From Parcubacteria group bacterium LiPW_15 (GTDB taxonomy: Bacteria > Patescibacteriota > Minisyncoccia > UBA6257 > 2-01-FULL-56-20), in assembly GCA_007375645.1 (NCBI GenBank), contig VMER01000002.1, positions 29,710 to 93,709 on the forward strand: a stretch of DNA of 64,000 nucleotides, read 5' to 3'. The translations under genes and the position numbers were made by a program. Shown here piece after piece: positions 47,976-58,239 of this stretch. The notes under the pieces were generated by a model. The model ran no database searches and was not told the DNA's origin. It worked only from the letters and a program-made list of their open reading frames with translations. How positions within the stretch are numbered: position 1 is the first letter of the stretch; every line of letters begins with the position of its first letter.

Positions 47976-48359
47976 TTATTTTTCGATAAACACCATATCG
48001 CCCTCGCGGACTCTTTTTGCAACTTTTACTCCGACCCCCTGGCCCTTTTTTGCAACAGCGATAGGCTTATGGTCATATTGCATCGACGAAAGATTCTGCG
48101 CGAAATCCGTAGTCGCTCCTTTAAAGCGCACTGTGCCGCCCGCGCGGAAAGGAACTTTGAACTTCACGACCGCTACTCTAATGTGCGTGAAAAAATGCGT
48201 TACTTGGCCGATCGGTTTTTCGGCTTTCGGAGCTTTCTTCGGAGCAACCTTCTTTTTTGCTTTTGGCTTGGCCTTTTTAGTTTTTGTTTTCCTCGCACCA
48301 ACCTTCTTCGCCGCTTTTTTAGCCTTTTTCTTAGCGGGCTTTTTAGTTTTTTTCTTCAT
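47976..48359 (-). CDS. Lys-rich N-terminus plus translation-factor-like beta-barrel protein
   Basis: KKPAKKK repeats followed by IGQVTHFF...GATTDF...RVREGD. Confidence 0.7.
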   Translation of the reverse strand: MKKKTKKPAKKKAKKAAKKVGARKTKTKKAKPKAKKKVAPKKAPKAEKPIGQVTHFFTHIRVAVVKFKVPFRAGGTVRFKGATTDFAQNLSSMQYDHKPIAVAKKGQGVGVKVAKRVREGDMVFIEK

Positions 48360-48378
48360 TTTGTTTTATATTTATTTT

Positions 48379-49725
48379 TTATATTACGATTTCTTCGGCC
48401 TTTTGGGGGACATATGAGTCCACCGACAGTTCCTCTTTCACCTTTGCGGCCAAAATCTCGCTCGAACCTTCTTCGCCTTGTACTACAAAAACTTTTTTGA
48501 GCATCCCGCTCCGAGGCTTAAGCCACTCAAGAAGCCGGGGTTGGTCTGCGTGAGCGGAATAAGCGGTTATGGTTCGGATCTCACAACGCACCGGCACCTC
48601 CTCCCCGAACAGCCTCACGACTTTTGCTCCCTCGAGAATGGCTCTTCCCAGGGTTCCCGTGGCCTGATATCCGACAAAAAGAATGATGCTTTTGGGATCC
48701 GGCAGATAGCGCCGTTCATGATGGCGGATCCTCCCTCCGTTCGACATACCCGACCCGGCCATTATTATCTTCGGCGCGGGGACATCGTTTATTTCTTTGG
48801 ACTGTTCCACGGTAAGCGTCATGCGAAGCCCCGGGAAATTCAAAATATCTTCTCCCGACTTCACGAGCTTGAACGTTTCCGGATTAAAGTAGCTTTCGTA
48901 TTTTTTGTAGACAGCGGTCAACTTGATAGCCAGCGGGCTGTCTATAAATATCGGGATTTCCGGAACCCGACCCTGGCTTATGAGTTCGTGAAAGTGATAA
49001 AGAAGCTCCTGGGTGCGCTCCATGGCGAAGGCCGGGATCATCAGTACGCCTCCCTTCCTCGCGATGTCCTCCATAACGTCTTCGAGCTCCCCCTCTCTTT
49101 TTGAAGTATCCTCGTGCACGCGCGCGCCATAAGTGGATTCGATGACGCAATAATCCACTTCGGGCAAATGTTCGGTGTTGTGGATTATCGGTGCGGGATA
49201 GTTGCCGAGATCTCCGGAGAACATGATCGACTTGCCCTCCGCCTCTATTTTTATGGTTGCAGAGCCCAAAATGTGGCCTGCGTCATAAAAAGTTATTTTA
49301 AAATTCCCGACTTGGACCGGCTTGTGATACGGCACCGTCTCCCATATCGCCATTGCCGCCTCCACGTCTTCCGTCTCATAAAGATCCGGCAAACCGGTCC
49401 TATCCGATTCTTCCTGAAGAACGTGCTCCGAATCGATAAGAAGAAGTTCCGCGAAGTCTTTTGTCGGCGGAGTGGAATATATTTTCCCCTTGAACCCGTC
49501 TTTAACTATTTTCGGCAGCTTTCCGGTGTGATCGATATGAGCATGGGTCACGAATATCGCCTGGACCGAAGATACATCGTATGCGAAATCTTCGAAGTTT
49601 TCTTTTTCCGCAAAATCAGAGCCCTGCGCCATACCGCAGTCTACGAGTATCCGGGTGTTCCCGGACTCAACCATATAATTGGAACCCGTAACACTCCCCG
49701 CTCCTCCGTAAAATATAACTTTCAT
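48379..49725 (-). CDS. MBL-fold beta-CASP nuclease
   Basis: VTGS, THAHIDH, AGHILGS, SGDLG, ESTYG and SAHAD motifs. Confidence 0.93.
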   Translation of the reverse strand: MKVIFYGGAGSVTGSNYMVESGNTRILVDCGMAQGSDFAEKENFEDFAYDVSSVQAIFVTHAHIDHTGKLPKIVKDGFKGKIYSTPPTKDFAELLLIDSEHVLQEESDRTGLPDLYETEDVEAAMAIWETVPYHKPVQVGNFKITFYDAGHILGSATIKIEAEGKSIMFSGDLGNYPAPIIHNTEHLPEVDYCVIESTYGARVHEDTSKREGELEDVMEDIARKGGVLMIPAFAMERTQELLYHFHELISQGRVPEIPIFIDSPLAIKLTAVYKKYESYFNPETFKLVKSGEDILNFPGLRMTLTVEQSKEINDVPAPKIIMAGSGMSNGGRIRHHERRYLPDPKSIILFVGYQATGTLGRAILEGAKVVRLFGEEVPVRCEIRTITAYSAHADQPRLLEWLKPRSGMLKKVFVVQGEEGSSEILAAKVKEELSVDSYVPQKAEEIVI

Positions 49726-49828
49726 CCTTTAATTTTATCTTTTTTTCGAACAAAAAACTAACTTTGACAAAATTAGGAAACAACTTATTATGTGGGGAGT
49801 CTCAGGATCCTTGAAAGGAGTCTGCTGA

Positions 49829-50416
49829 ATGAGTGAAGCTGGCCAGAGGACCGCGGAGTCAGTGGTAGAGCTCGCGGAACCGCCCGACAAAACCGCCAAG
49901 ACCCTGGTTTTTCGGGTCTACAGAACGTATCGGTTCCGATTCGTCCAGGGAAAAGACGGGAAGATGGAGATGCTCGGAAGGTGGAAGGAGGGCGCGGAAG
50001 GCAGGGTCTCTTCCAGAGACATCTGGATTCCGCCGCAGGTCTACCGCGACATGCTGGCGATGGCCTACGCCGTCGCCAAGGAACACTTCAGGCCCGATCC
50101 GATTCCCGAACCGACCGACGGGCCAAGGTCTGACGCCTCCGGGAAAAGCTCGGCACAGCCGACAAACGGCATGCCGCCGAAGCCAATCTCCGACGAAGAG
50201 CGCGACCAGATCCTTTTCGGAGAGAGGAGCTCTTCTCTGCTCGAGAGGGCCGAACCGCGACCGGACTCTGACCCCTCGGGCTACCCGTGTGCGGATTTCA
50301 TTCCGCACCGCCCCCGCGCCTCGACCGTCTCCAGGAAAAACGACCCGCAGAAGGTCCCCTACCGGCGCGTAGCCAGTTGGCGTAGCCACCCGCCGCCTTC
50401 TTCGATCCCCGCCTGA
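49829..50416 (+). CDS. orphan protein with Pro-rich disordered C-terminus (SD-led unit)
   Basis: TTGACA-16-TATTAT (49764-49791), GAAAGGAG at 49813, downstream hairpin. Confidence 0.65.
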   Translation: MSEAGQRTAESVVELAEPPDKTAKTLVFRVYRTYRFRFVQGKDGKMEMLGRWKEGAEGRVSSRDIWIPPQVYRDMLAMAYAVAKEHFRPDPIPEPTDGPRSDASGKSSAQPTNGMPPKPISDEERDQILFGERSSSLLERAEPRPDSDPSGYPCADFIPHRPRASTVSRKNDPQKVPYRRVASWRSHPPPSSIPA

Positions 50417-50469
50417 ACAATCCCCGCAAGTTCCGTCCGCCGACCGGCGAATAGGACTCGCGGGGTTAT

Positions 50470-51714
50470 TTATTTTTTAATACCCAACTCTTCTTCAAAA
50501 ATCTGCTTTTCGTTCCAAGGAATTTTTTCTCCCTTTTTAATATGTATCCAGGATTCACTTCCTTTGCCGGTAGAAATTATTGTGTCTCCGGGTCTCGCCA
50601 TTTTTATCGCCTCTCTTATCGCCGCGCGGCGATCAACCATTTCCAAAATTTCATTCTCGGGAAATCCTGCCTCTCGAATCCCTTTTTTGATTTCCGAAAT
50701 TATTTCTGCCGAGTCTTCGTCGTACGGATCCTCATCCGTCAAAATTATCCGATCGCAGTATTCCGCAGCCGTCTTACCCATAGCGGGCCGTTTCCACTTA
50801 TCTCTCCCGCCCCCCGCGGCGCCCAAAAGACATGTTAAGCGAGCTCCGCCGGACAATTCCTCTTTTAACGCTTTATATATTGCCGCGAGCGATTCCGGCG
50901 TGTGCGCATAATCCACGACCACTTTGAAGGGTTTCCGCTGGACGATATCCACTCTCCCGGGAGCTCCTTTGAAATTCGCAATGCCTTCCCAGATCTTTTC
51001 GTCGGGAATGCCGAACTCTTTCGCGACCGCGACGGCCAAAGCCACGTTTTGTTTACTGAAGTGGCCCGGCAAATATTCCCGCGAAGATTCCGGAAGATCC
51101 CGGAGTCCTTCGGTCGAATAAATTATTATCTTGTTGCCCTTAAGCTCTCGTTCAAAAAAATCTTTTTCTTCCTCCTCGCCGTTTAAAAAGATGGGCGCAT
51201 TCTCACCTCCCGCGTACGCGAGAAACCGAAGTTTTGCTTCCCGATATTTTTCATAAGAGCCGTGAGCTTCGATGTGTTCCGGATGGATATTGGTAAGCGC
51301 GGCTGCGGCCCAGTTTATCAGCGCATGCCGATAAAGAACCGCGCCCTGGGAAGTAGCCTCCACAAACGCGTAAGCGCAACCGGCATTCACCGCCTTGCGT
51401 AAAAATCTCTGGATATACATCCTTCCCGGCATGCTGTTTTCGGTAAGGTTTCGTTTGGATTTTTCTCCGATCTTCACCCGCACCGAAGAAAGAAGCGCGG
51501 TTTTTTCTCCCGCCGATTCAAAAATGGAGTTTAGGAGTTCGAGCGCGGTGGTTTTTCCTTTGGTTCCGGTTATGCCGATAACCCTTATAAATCTGCTGGG
51601 CCTCCTGTAGATTATTGCGCCCAGGATCGTGAAAAGAAGATGGTATCCGCGCAGAAGCCAGGGCAGTTTGTATATCCAGCGGAAAAGAAAGGATCTTTTT
51701 ATTTTGCCGAGCAT
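50470..51714 (-). CDS. murE: Mur ligase, MurE-like
   Basis: GITGTKGKTT, TNIHPEH, DYAHTP, GGGRDKWKR and GKG motifs. Confidence 0.85.
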   Translation of the reverse strand: MLGKIKRSFLFRWIYKLPWLLRGYHLLFTILGAIIYRRPSRFIRVIGITGTKGKTTALELLNSIFESAGEKTALLSSVRVKIGEKSKRNLTENSMPGRMYIQRFLRKAVNAGCAYAFVEATSQGAVLYRHALINWAAAALTNIHPEHIEAHGSYEKYREAKLRFLAYAGGENAPIFLNGEEEEKDFFERELKGNKIIIYSTEGLRDLPESSREYLPGHFSKQNVALAVAVAKEFGIPDEKIWEGIANFKGAPGRVDIVQRKPFKVVVDYAHTPESLAAIYKALKEELSGGARLTCLLGAAGGGRDKWKRPAMGKTAAEYCDRIILTDEDPYDEDSAEIISEIKKGIREAGFPENEILEMVDRRAAIREAIKMARPGDTIISTGKGSESWIHIKKGEKIPWNEKQIFEEELGIKK

Positions 51715-51715
51715 T

Positions 51716-52285
51716 TTACTTTTTCCCTAAAATTTTGAGCGCCGCCCTAAGCCGCGCTTCGACCCCTTTTATCCCCGCTTCTATTTTTTCTAGAGCCGCT
51801 CGGGCGCTGTCGCGTTTATAGCCCAAAGCCAAAAGGGCCTCGACCACATCCGCATCCGATTCCATTGCCCTGACCGCAACTTCGGAGCTTGCCGTACCAA
51901 CCTTGCCGCGCAGTTCCACTATAATTCTCTCCGCGGTCTTCCGTCCGATACCCGCGGCTTGGGTCAATAGGTCCGGCCTACCCTCCTGTATGGCGGCAGT
52001 GACGTTTTTGAGATCCGCCACATCCATCACGGAAAGAGCCGATTTCGGCCCCACTCCGGAGACGGATATAAGTTTCTCAAAAAACTCCAGTTCTTGCCGC
52101 GTTCGAAATCCATAGAGGTCCAGCGCGTCCTCCTTCACGTTTAAGTGGGTAAAAATATCCACGTCCCCCGAAAGATCGCTTACGGTTCTTGAGGAGGCAA
52201 AGATCTTGAAGCCCACTCCGTGAACATTAACGATCACAAAGCTATCATATTTTGCCTCCAGCTTTCCCGACAGACTATATATCAC
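51716..52285 (-). CDS. ruvA: Holliday junction branch migration protein RuvA
   Basis: EDALDLYGF, VSGVGPK, GIGRKTAERI and ALLALGY. Confidence 0.96.
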   Translation of the reverse strand: MIYSLSGKLEAKYDSFVIVNVHGVGFKIFASSRTVSDLSGDVDIFTHLNVKEDALDLYGFRTRQELEFFEKLISVSGVGPKSALSVMDVADLKNVTAAIQEGRPDLLTQAAGIGRKTAERIIVELRGKVGTASSEVAVRAMESDADVVEALLALGYKRDSARAALEKIEAGIKGVEARLRAALKILGKK

Positions 52286-52457
52286 CTATTTATTATACTC
52301 GGCAGCGAGGCTGCGCGGAAATGCTTGGATCTCCGTGTCAGCTGAGTGACCATTGACATATCCTGAGATTGTGCGCTAAGATATCCCAGTCGTTAGCCCA
52401 ATTGCGGGCTCGCGACATGCTCTTTCAACCGAAAACGGAAGAAAAAAAGGAGTCTGG

Positions 52458-52880
52458 ATGCACCGAGACCACAGTCCCCCGCCGAAGACGCTCGCGATCG
52501 TGGTGGCCGCTCTCGTGGCGTTCCTCGTCGCCAATGTCGGTTTCGCGACCCCCGTCATTCTCAGCACGGGCCTCGCGAACACTTCGACGTGGACGCCCTC
52601 GCTCGCCTCCGCCGACCAGCCGGCCAAGATCGCTGGCTGGAACGACATCGCGTCCGAGACCGCCGTCGTCACCGCCAACTCGACGACCGCCCTCACGATG
52701 TCGTCCGCCCACTACAAGATCGCCCTCGACGGGCCCGCGATGTACGCACTGCCGGAGAACGGAGGCCGACCCGGCCGACCCGCCACCGCGCCGATCGCCG
52801 CGATAAACGATGGCGCCGACCGGATCAACTCGACGGTACGCTCCGCCACCCGCGACACCCTCATGGTCTGGAGGGTGTAA
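52458..52880 (+). CDS. orphan secreted/membrane-anchored protein (SD-led unit)
   Basis: TTGACA-18-TAAGAT (52353-52382), AAGGAG SD, N-terminal hydrophobic helix, terminator at about 52907-52942. Confidence 0.65.
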   Translation: MHRDHSPPPKTLAIVVAALVAFLVANVGFATPVILSTGLANTSTWTPSLASADQPAKIAGWNDIASETAVVTANSTTALTMSSAHYKIALDGPAMYALPENGGRPGRPATAPIAAINDGADRINSTVRSATRDTLMVWRV

Positions 52881-53014
52881 GACGCCGAAGTCCTTCTAGC
52901 CCCTTGGGCGGACGAGAAACCCTCGCTCCGCCCTCTTTTTTTACTTTTTCACGAAGACCTTGATATTTCTCCGGCTTTTTTGTATGCTTTTCCTGTTCTA
53001 GATTCCACAAAAAC

Positions 53015-53284
53015 ATGCCAATAACAAAATCCGCCAAAAAAGCTCTCCGCCAAAGCGTCACCCGCCGCGAGAGAAATACCACGAGAAAAGAAGCTTATAA
53101 AAAAGGCGTTAAGTTTTTTCGTAAATTAGTCTCGGAAAAGAAATCCGGCGAAGCCCAAGAATCCCTTAAAACCGCTTTTAAGGCGTTGGATAAGGCCGCG
53201 AAAACCGGCGTTATCAAAAAGAACAAGGCGAGCCGTTTGAAATCCCGCCTGGCAAAGGCCCTCGCCAGATCAGCCAAGTCTTAA
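53015..53284 (+). CDS. rpsT: 30S ribosomal protein S20
   Basis: MPITKSAKKA...LDKAAK...NKASRLKSRL. Confidence 0.97.
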   Translation: MPITKSAKKALRQSVTRRERNTTRKEAYKKGVKFFRKLVSEKKSGEAQESLKTAFKALDKAAKTGVIKKNKASRLKSRLAKALARSAKS

Positions 53285-53285
53285 A

Positions 53286-53318
53286 TCAAAAAACACCCCT
53301 CCGGGGTGTTTTTTGATC
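53286..53318. terminator. bidirectional terminator
   Basis: ATCAAAAAACACCCC-TCC-GGGGTGTTTTTTGAT. Confidence 0.85.
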
Positions 53319-53324
53319 CGCTGT

Positions 53325-54110
53325 TTATCCCGCGAGAACAAAATCCAAAAGCGCTTCGGGGTAATCCATCTTCCCGGATTTTATCAGCACATCGTATTCC
53401 GCGAATCTCGCGGCTTGCGGCTTGGTAGCCGCCGCCAAAATGTTAAAAGTCTTTGCCGGGTCTTCCCTGCGTGCGGAAAGCATTGAAAGAGTTTGGAGTC
53501 GCATTGAAATGTCCCGGCCCTTCAAGGAGTTCAACATCGGCCAATAATCACCCTCCGGGAGAACCCCCAACCCCTCCACCCGACCCTCATCCGCGAGTTT
53601 CGGATCAAAGGAGGCTATCTTTTCAATCTCCGTTGCGAGTCCCCAGGTGTCTTTTCCGTATAAAGCCGCGAGTTTTCTTTCCGCCCCGGGCGAAAGTCTC
53701 GCTCCGCGCTCCTTGGCCAAGACTTTTATAAACGAAAGGAGTTGTGGCCCGGAGAGCTCACCGAACTCCTCGGCGTGCGCCGGATTTTTGGTTAAAAATT
53801 CCACGCCCTTCGCCGGTTTTGTTTGATCGGCAACGATAACCGCTACATCCTTCGGTTCCAAAAATTGGAAAAGGAGTTCCTTGGTCTCTTTGGCCGGACA
53901 CATATCAATGTCTTCCAAAAAACAAAGCCTCTTTCCGCTGAAAAGCGATTGCCCTTTCGCGAAATCCAAAAAACTTCGAATAGACTCTTCATTCTCGAGA
54001 GAAAATTTACCGATAACAAGATCGGGATATTTTTTCTTTAACTCGGCAGTTATAGCCTGCTTTCGTTTGAGCCTCCTATAGCCGTCGGCTCCGTAAAGGA
54101 AAAAGATCAT
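53325..54110 (-). CDS. holA: DNA polymerase III subunit delta
   Basis: MIFFLYGAD, SLFS and LATEIEK motifs. Confidence 0.8.
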   Translation of the reverse strand: MIFFLYGADGYRRLKRKQAITAELKKKYPDLVIGKFSLENEESIRSFLDFAKGQSLFSGKRLCFLEDIDMCPAKETKELLFQFLEPKDVAVIVADQTKPAKGVEFLTKNPAHAEEFGELSGPQLLSFIKVLAKERGARLSPGAERKLAALYGKDTWGLATEIEKIASFDPKLADEGRVEGLGVLPEGDYWPMLNSLKGRDISMRLQTLSMLSARREDPAKTFNILAAATKPQAARFAEYDVLIKSGKMDYPEALLDFVLAG

Positions 54111-55447
54111 TAGTATTCCAATGGCACCTCCTTGGGCGGAATAAGGGTCGGGTCTGCCGGCAGAGTGAAAGAGAAGGTGCTTCCTCTACCCATCTCGGAC
54201 TCCACATTCATACTGCCTCCGTGGGCGCGAATTATATTCTGGGTTATATAAAGGCCCAACCCCGACCCTTCGGTCGCGAATTTTAGGGCGTTCGTGGCGC
54301 GGAAGAATTTGACGAAAAGCTTCTTTATTTCTTCCGGCGGTATGCCGATTCCGGTATCGCGCACCGAAACTTCCACGTACGGCCCCCTCTCGGCCTTCTT
54401 GAGGCCCACTATTACCTCGCCATTTTTAACGTTATAGCGGATAGCATTATCCACCAGATTGGTAAGCGCCATGGAAAGTTTTTGCGGATCGATCATGAGG
54501 TCGGGAATCGCCTCTTCCGGCCGATTAAAATATATTTTAATCCCCAGCTGCCTTGCGTTCGGCGCGGCGGCGTTCAAAATGTTTTCGACAAATTCCAAAA
54601 TATTGGCTTTTTGGAACTGGTAGCCGAAGCGGCCCTCCTCTATCCGCGAGATATTTAGGAGATCTTCCACGATCGTTCGCAGTTGATTCGCCGCGGCATA
54701 CGCATTCTCGGACAGAGACCTGGTCTCTTCGCTGAGTGCGGACTCTTTATTTATGGATTCCAACGCCCAAATAATATGAGTGAGGGGTGTTCGAAGTTGA
54801 TGGGAGGTCACCGTAACGAACTCGCTCTTTTCTTTTGCAAGGGATACTTCCCGGGTTCGGTCGCGAATTATTTTCATAAATCCGGAAAGGTTGCCGGCGT
54901 CATCTATTATCGGCGAAGTGAAGGTCCTGAGTTCCAAATACGGATCGTCGAAAGAAAGGTCTACCACCTGCGGATATTTCCCGGCCGGCGACCGCGTTAT
55001 CATAGACGGCGCGAGCGACGGAAAAATTACCTGCGCGAAACGCCGGAAGGTCGGATTTTCCGCGAGCTTGGGTTCCACGCGCGTGCCCAAAAATTCCGCG
55101 GCTGAAATTTTAAAGAGTTTCTCCGCAGCCGGATTGAAAAAAAGGAGTGTGAAGTTCTGATCGTAAACCACGAGCGAGTCATCCATTGTGGTCACCATAC
55201 CCCGAAGCTGGTTTCTTTCTCTGCTGGTTTGTTGGCTCTTCTCCGCGGAGGAATAAATACTCCTGAAGGTAAGATAGGAGGCCACAAGAATTGCGACGGT
55301 TGTAAAGATGGCGTAATAGATTTCGAGCAAAACAAAATTAATAACCAACACCAAAAGCAGAGCGAAAAGCGCACCCCAAAAGGATTTCATTTCCGGAAGC
55401 TTGGAGACCGAACTGAAGTTCGCGAAAGGACCGCCTCGTTTAGCCAT
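54110..55447 (-). CDS. PAS-domain sensor histidine kinase
   Basis: Two TM helices, PAS, SHQLRTP H-box, NAIRY, DTGIG and GLGL. Confidence 0.93.
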   Translation of the reverse strand: MAKRGGPFANFSSVSKLPEMKSFWGALFALLLVLVINFVLLEIYYAIFTTVAILVASYLTFRSIYSSAEKSQQTSRERNQLRGMVTTMDDSLVVYDQNFTLLFFNPAAEKLFKISAAEFLGTRVEPKLAENPTFRRFAQVIFPSLAPSMITRSPAGKYPQVVDLSFDDPYLELRTFTSPIIDDAGNLSGFMKIIRDRTREVSLAKEKSEFVTVTSHQLRTPLTHIIWALESINKESALSEETRSLSENAYAAANQLRTIVEDLLNISRIEEGRFGYQFQKANILEFVENILNAAAPNARQLGIKIYFNRPEEAIPDLMIDPQKLSMALTNLVDNAIRYNVKNGEVIVGLKKAERGPYVEVSVRDTGIGIPPEEIKKLFVKFFRATNALKFATEGSGLGLYITQNIIRAHGGSMNVESEMGRGSTFSFTLPADPTLIPPKEVPLEY

Positions 55448-55474
55448 TGGTTAAATGATAGCTCAAATGGGTGC

Positions 55475-56386
55475 CTAGAAAAAGGAAGCTTGGCGATCCG
55501 CTTCCTTCTCTTTTTGGGGCGTTTCTTTGGGGGTCGCGCTCATTTGTTTTAAAAGCGAACCGAAGCCCTTGGCCGCGAAATAGTTTTTGAGGGCGGTTTC
55601 GTCTTCGAAGACCGTGAGGTCGCCAAGTCCTTTGATGCCAAGTTGTGCGTCGCTTTGCAGAGTGACCAACTTCTCCGCCAAGAGAGCCTGCTCTTTGTGA
55701 GGAATTATTTTTTTGCTCACCTCTTCGTCGTTTTTTGCCGCCAAAAGTTTCGCAAGGCTCCCGTATTTTTGAAGCAATTTCGCCGCGGTCTTCGGCCCAA
55801 TTCCCGGCACCCCTTTAATATTGTCGGAGTTGTCGCCCACCAGAGATTTATAATCTGCGATAGATTTCGGATAGAGCCCGTATCGCTCCCTGACCGCCTC
55901 CGGGTCGTAGATGGTCGTTTCACTTATTCCTTTCTGCGGCACGCGCACGGAAACTTTTTTGTTCACGAGCTGGAGCGAATCCAGATCTCCCGTAAAGATC
56001 GTGGTTTCCGTTTCTTTTTCGCTGCCGAATTTTTTCGCGAGTGTCGCGATAAGATCGTCCGCCTCGTACCCGGGCTTTTCAAAAACCTTTATCCCGAAAA
56101 GTGGGAAGAGATTGTGTATCTCTATTAATTGCGAAATTAACTCGTCCGCCGTCTCCGGGCGGTTCCCTTTGTAGTCCTTATAGAGCTCGTCCCGAAAAGT
56201 CGGCTCCGGCCGATCAAAGAGCGCCGCGGCATAGTCCGGTTTTTCTTCGCGCCAAAGCTTCAAAAGAATTCTCGATACCCCGTATATTGCCTGGCTGGGC
56301 GATCCATCCGGCGCGGTCATCGGCGGAAGCGCGTGAAACGCGCGGTGTATAAGAGAGTTAGCGTCAATCAAAAGAAGTTTCTTCAT
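55475..56386 (-). CDS. stand-alone 5'-3' exonuclease (PolI N-terminal domain)
   Basis: LIDANS, YKGNR, EADD and GDNSDNIKGVPGIG. Confidence 0.92.
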   Translation of the reverse strand: MKKLLLIDANSLIHRAFHALPPMTAPDGSPSQAIYGVSRILLKLWREEKPDYAAALFDRPEPTFRDELYKDYKGNRPETADELISQLIEIHNLFPLFGIKVFEKPGYEADDLIATLAKKFGSEKETETTIFTGDLDSLQLVNKKVSVRVPQKGISETTIYDPEAVRERYGLYPKSIADYKSLVGDNSDNIKGVPGIGPKTAAKLLQKYGSLAKLLAAKNDEEVSKKIIPHKEQALLAEKLVTLQSDAQLGIKGLGDLTVFEDETALKNYFAAKGFGSLLKQMSATPKETPQKEKEADRQASFF

Positions 56387-56492
56387 CCCGTTAGAAAATT
56401 TAACAATTTATATTTAGTTACCTTGGTTGTATTTAATTTCGCCCGACCCTGCCTCAGCAAACAAACTACTGTTTTTAATTTTCTAACGGGAT
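56385..56492. mobile_element. MITE-like element (copy 2)
   Basis: TIRs ATCCCGTTAGAAAATT / AATTTTCTAACGGGAT. Confidence 0.7.
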
Positions 56493-56948
56493 TCATATAT
56501 TTTTTGTGATGATAGTTCTGCTTCCGCGATCCTTCCCGTGCTCCAGCGTTATCCAAGAAGCCCTCTCTGGGATGGAGTTTTTGATATTCCCCGCCCACTC
56601 CACAAGCAATATGTTTTTTGGATCATTAATTATTTCGCCAAACCCCAGAGGCGCCAGATCTTTGCCGCCGGAGAGTCGATAAGCGTCCATATGAAAAACA
56701 TTCTCGTAGCCATGCCGATTCTTCGGGATGTTGTGGCGCCTGAAAATTATGAAGGTCGGGCTCACCGCGCGCGCCTTAATTCCCAACCCCTTAAAAAACC
56801 CTTGAACGAACGTGGTTTTGCCCGCACCCAACTCTCCGGAAAGCGCCAGCACCCTGGCCCCTCTTTTTTTCTTTCCGCCCAATATCTTGCGAGCAAACTT
56901 CTCGGCGAGCTCTTTCGTCTCCGCCGCGGATTTTGTAACCGTCTTCAT
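56493..56948 (-). CDS. tsaE: tRNA threonylcarbamoyladenosine biosynthesis ATPase
   Basis: GELGAGKTT, SPTF, HMDAYRL and VEW motifs. Confidence 0.95.
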   Translation of the reverse strand: MKTVTKSAAETKELAEKFARKILGGKKKRGARVLALSGELGAGKTTFVQGFFKGLGIKARAVSPTFIIFRRHNIPKNRHGYENVFHMDAYRLSGGKDLAPLGFGEIINDPKNILLVEWAGNIKNSIPERASWITLEHGKDRGSRTIITKNI

Positions 56949-56954
56949 TATTTA

Positions 56955-57953
56955 CTATAGCAATCCGCCCGGCTTTTTAATTTTCAGGTGTTCGTAGGCG
57001 GGCGGCAAAACCATTCTTCCCGCGGAAGTCCGCTGTAAAAACCCAAGACTCATTAGATACGGTTCGTAAATATCTTCAATAACTCCTTTTTCTTCGTTGA
57101 GCGCCGCCGCTAGGGTATTTACCCCCACCGGACCGCCTCCAAATTTCTCGACGATTGTAAGCAATAATTTCCTGTCGCTCGGCTCAAGTCCCGCTTCGTC
57201 CACGTCGAGCATTTCAAGCGCCTTCTTCGCGATGCTACCGTCTATCATCCCGGTTCCGTGGATTTCCGCGTAGTCGCGCGCGCGCTTCAAAAGACGGTTG
57301 GCAATTCTGGGTGTTGCGCGCGCGGCCCTGGCCAAAACTTCAACGCCCTCGGGCGCCATTTCTATTCCCAAAATTTTACTCGAGCGCTCCAAAATCTTTT
57401 TGATATTGTCTTCCGTGTAGTAATCCAGGCGGAGTATGGCCCCAAAACGGGAACGCAAAGGATGGGAGAGTAAATTTTCCCGGGTGGTCGCGGCCACAAG
57501 GGTAAACGGCGGGAGATCCAGCGTAAGCGTTCTGGCCGATGGGCCCTTGCCGATAACCAGGTGGAGCTTCCTCATTTCCATCGCCGGATATAAAACTTCT
57601 TCAATTAAACGGTTGATGCGGTGCGCCTCGTCTATGAATAGAACTTCGCCCGGTTCGAGATTGGTCAAGATCGCAGCCATATCCCCCATCTTCTCAAGCG
57701 CCGGACCGGAAGTGGTTCTAACGGGCGCGCCCATTTCTTTCGCGACCAAAAACGCGAGCGTGGTTTTACCGAGTCCCGCCGGCCCAGAGAAAAGAATGTG
57801 GTCCATCGCCTCTCCGCGCTTTTGCGCGGCATCGATAATAACCCGAAGGTTGTCTTTTATCTTTTCCTGGCCGACATATTCGTCCCAGGCCGCCGGACGA
57901 AGAACCTGGTCAACATTAGTATCATCAATATTTTTCTTTATTTCTTCGTTCAT
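56955..57953 (-). CDS. ruvB: Holliday junction branch migration helicase RuvB
   Basis: GPAGLGKTT, FIDEAHR, LRSRFG and TPRIANRLL. Confidence 0.97.
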   Translation of the reverse strand: MNEEIKKNIDDTNVDQVLRPAAWDEYVGQEKIKDNLRVIIDAAQKRGEAMDHILFSGPAGLGKTTLAFLVAKEMGAPVRTTSGPALEKMGDMAAILTNLEPGEVLFIDEAHRINRLIEEVLYPAMEMRKLHLVIGKGPSARTLTLDLPPFTLVAATTRENLLSHPLRSRFGAILRLDYYTEDNIKKILERSSKILGIEMAPEGVEVLARAARATPRIANRLLKRARDYAEIHGTGMIDGSIAKKALEMLDVDEAGLEPSDRKLLLTIVEKFGGGPVGVNTLAAALNEEKGVIEDIYEPYLMSLGFLQRTSAGRMVLPPAYEHLKIKKPGGLL

Positions 57954-57994
57954 TTTGCTATTTTGGCCTTATTTTGCGGGCTTCTCCGGGGGGA

Positions 57995-58023
57995 TTGACA
58001 AATGGGTATTTATATGCTAAACT
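57995..58023 (+). promoter_or_regulatory. sigma70 promoter
   Basis: TTGACA-17-TAAACT. Confidence 0.7.
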
Positions 58024-58039
58024 TACGCAACAAATTGAA

Positions 58040-58196
58040 TAGTCGCCTTACATCTGGGGGCAGGAATTGTTTTTAGATATTTAAGGATGGGTTGGCCTCG
58101 GCGAGCCCTCTCCTCGAAATAATTCTATCCTCTTTCCACTCTGTGCGAAAGAGAAACCCAATCCTTAACCGGACGCCCCCAGGTATAAGGCGATTA
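58040..58196 (+). ncRNA. large structured RNA (6S-like rod or novel leader)
   Basis: 22-bp outer stem, asymmetric bubble, 13-bp inner stem, possible pseudoknot. Confidence 0.55.
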
Positions 58197-58239
58197 TGCT
58201 ATCGCCCGCAATTTGAAAAGGTTAGAAGGAGAACTTGCG

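Noticed and set aside
58040-58196. RNase P RNA
   Set aside because: No GAGGAAAGUCC or matching 3' P4 consensus on either strand
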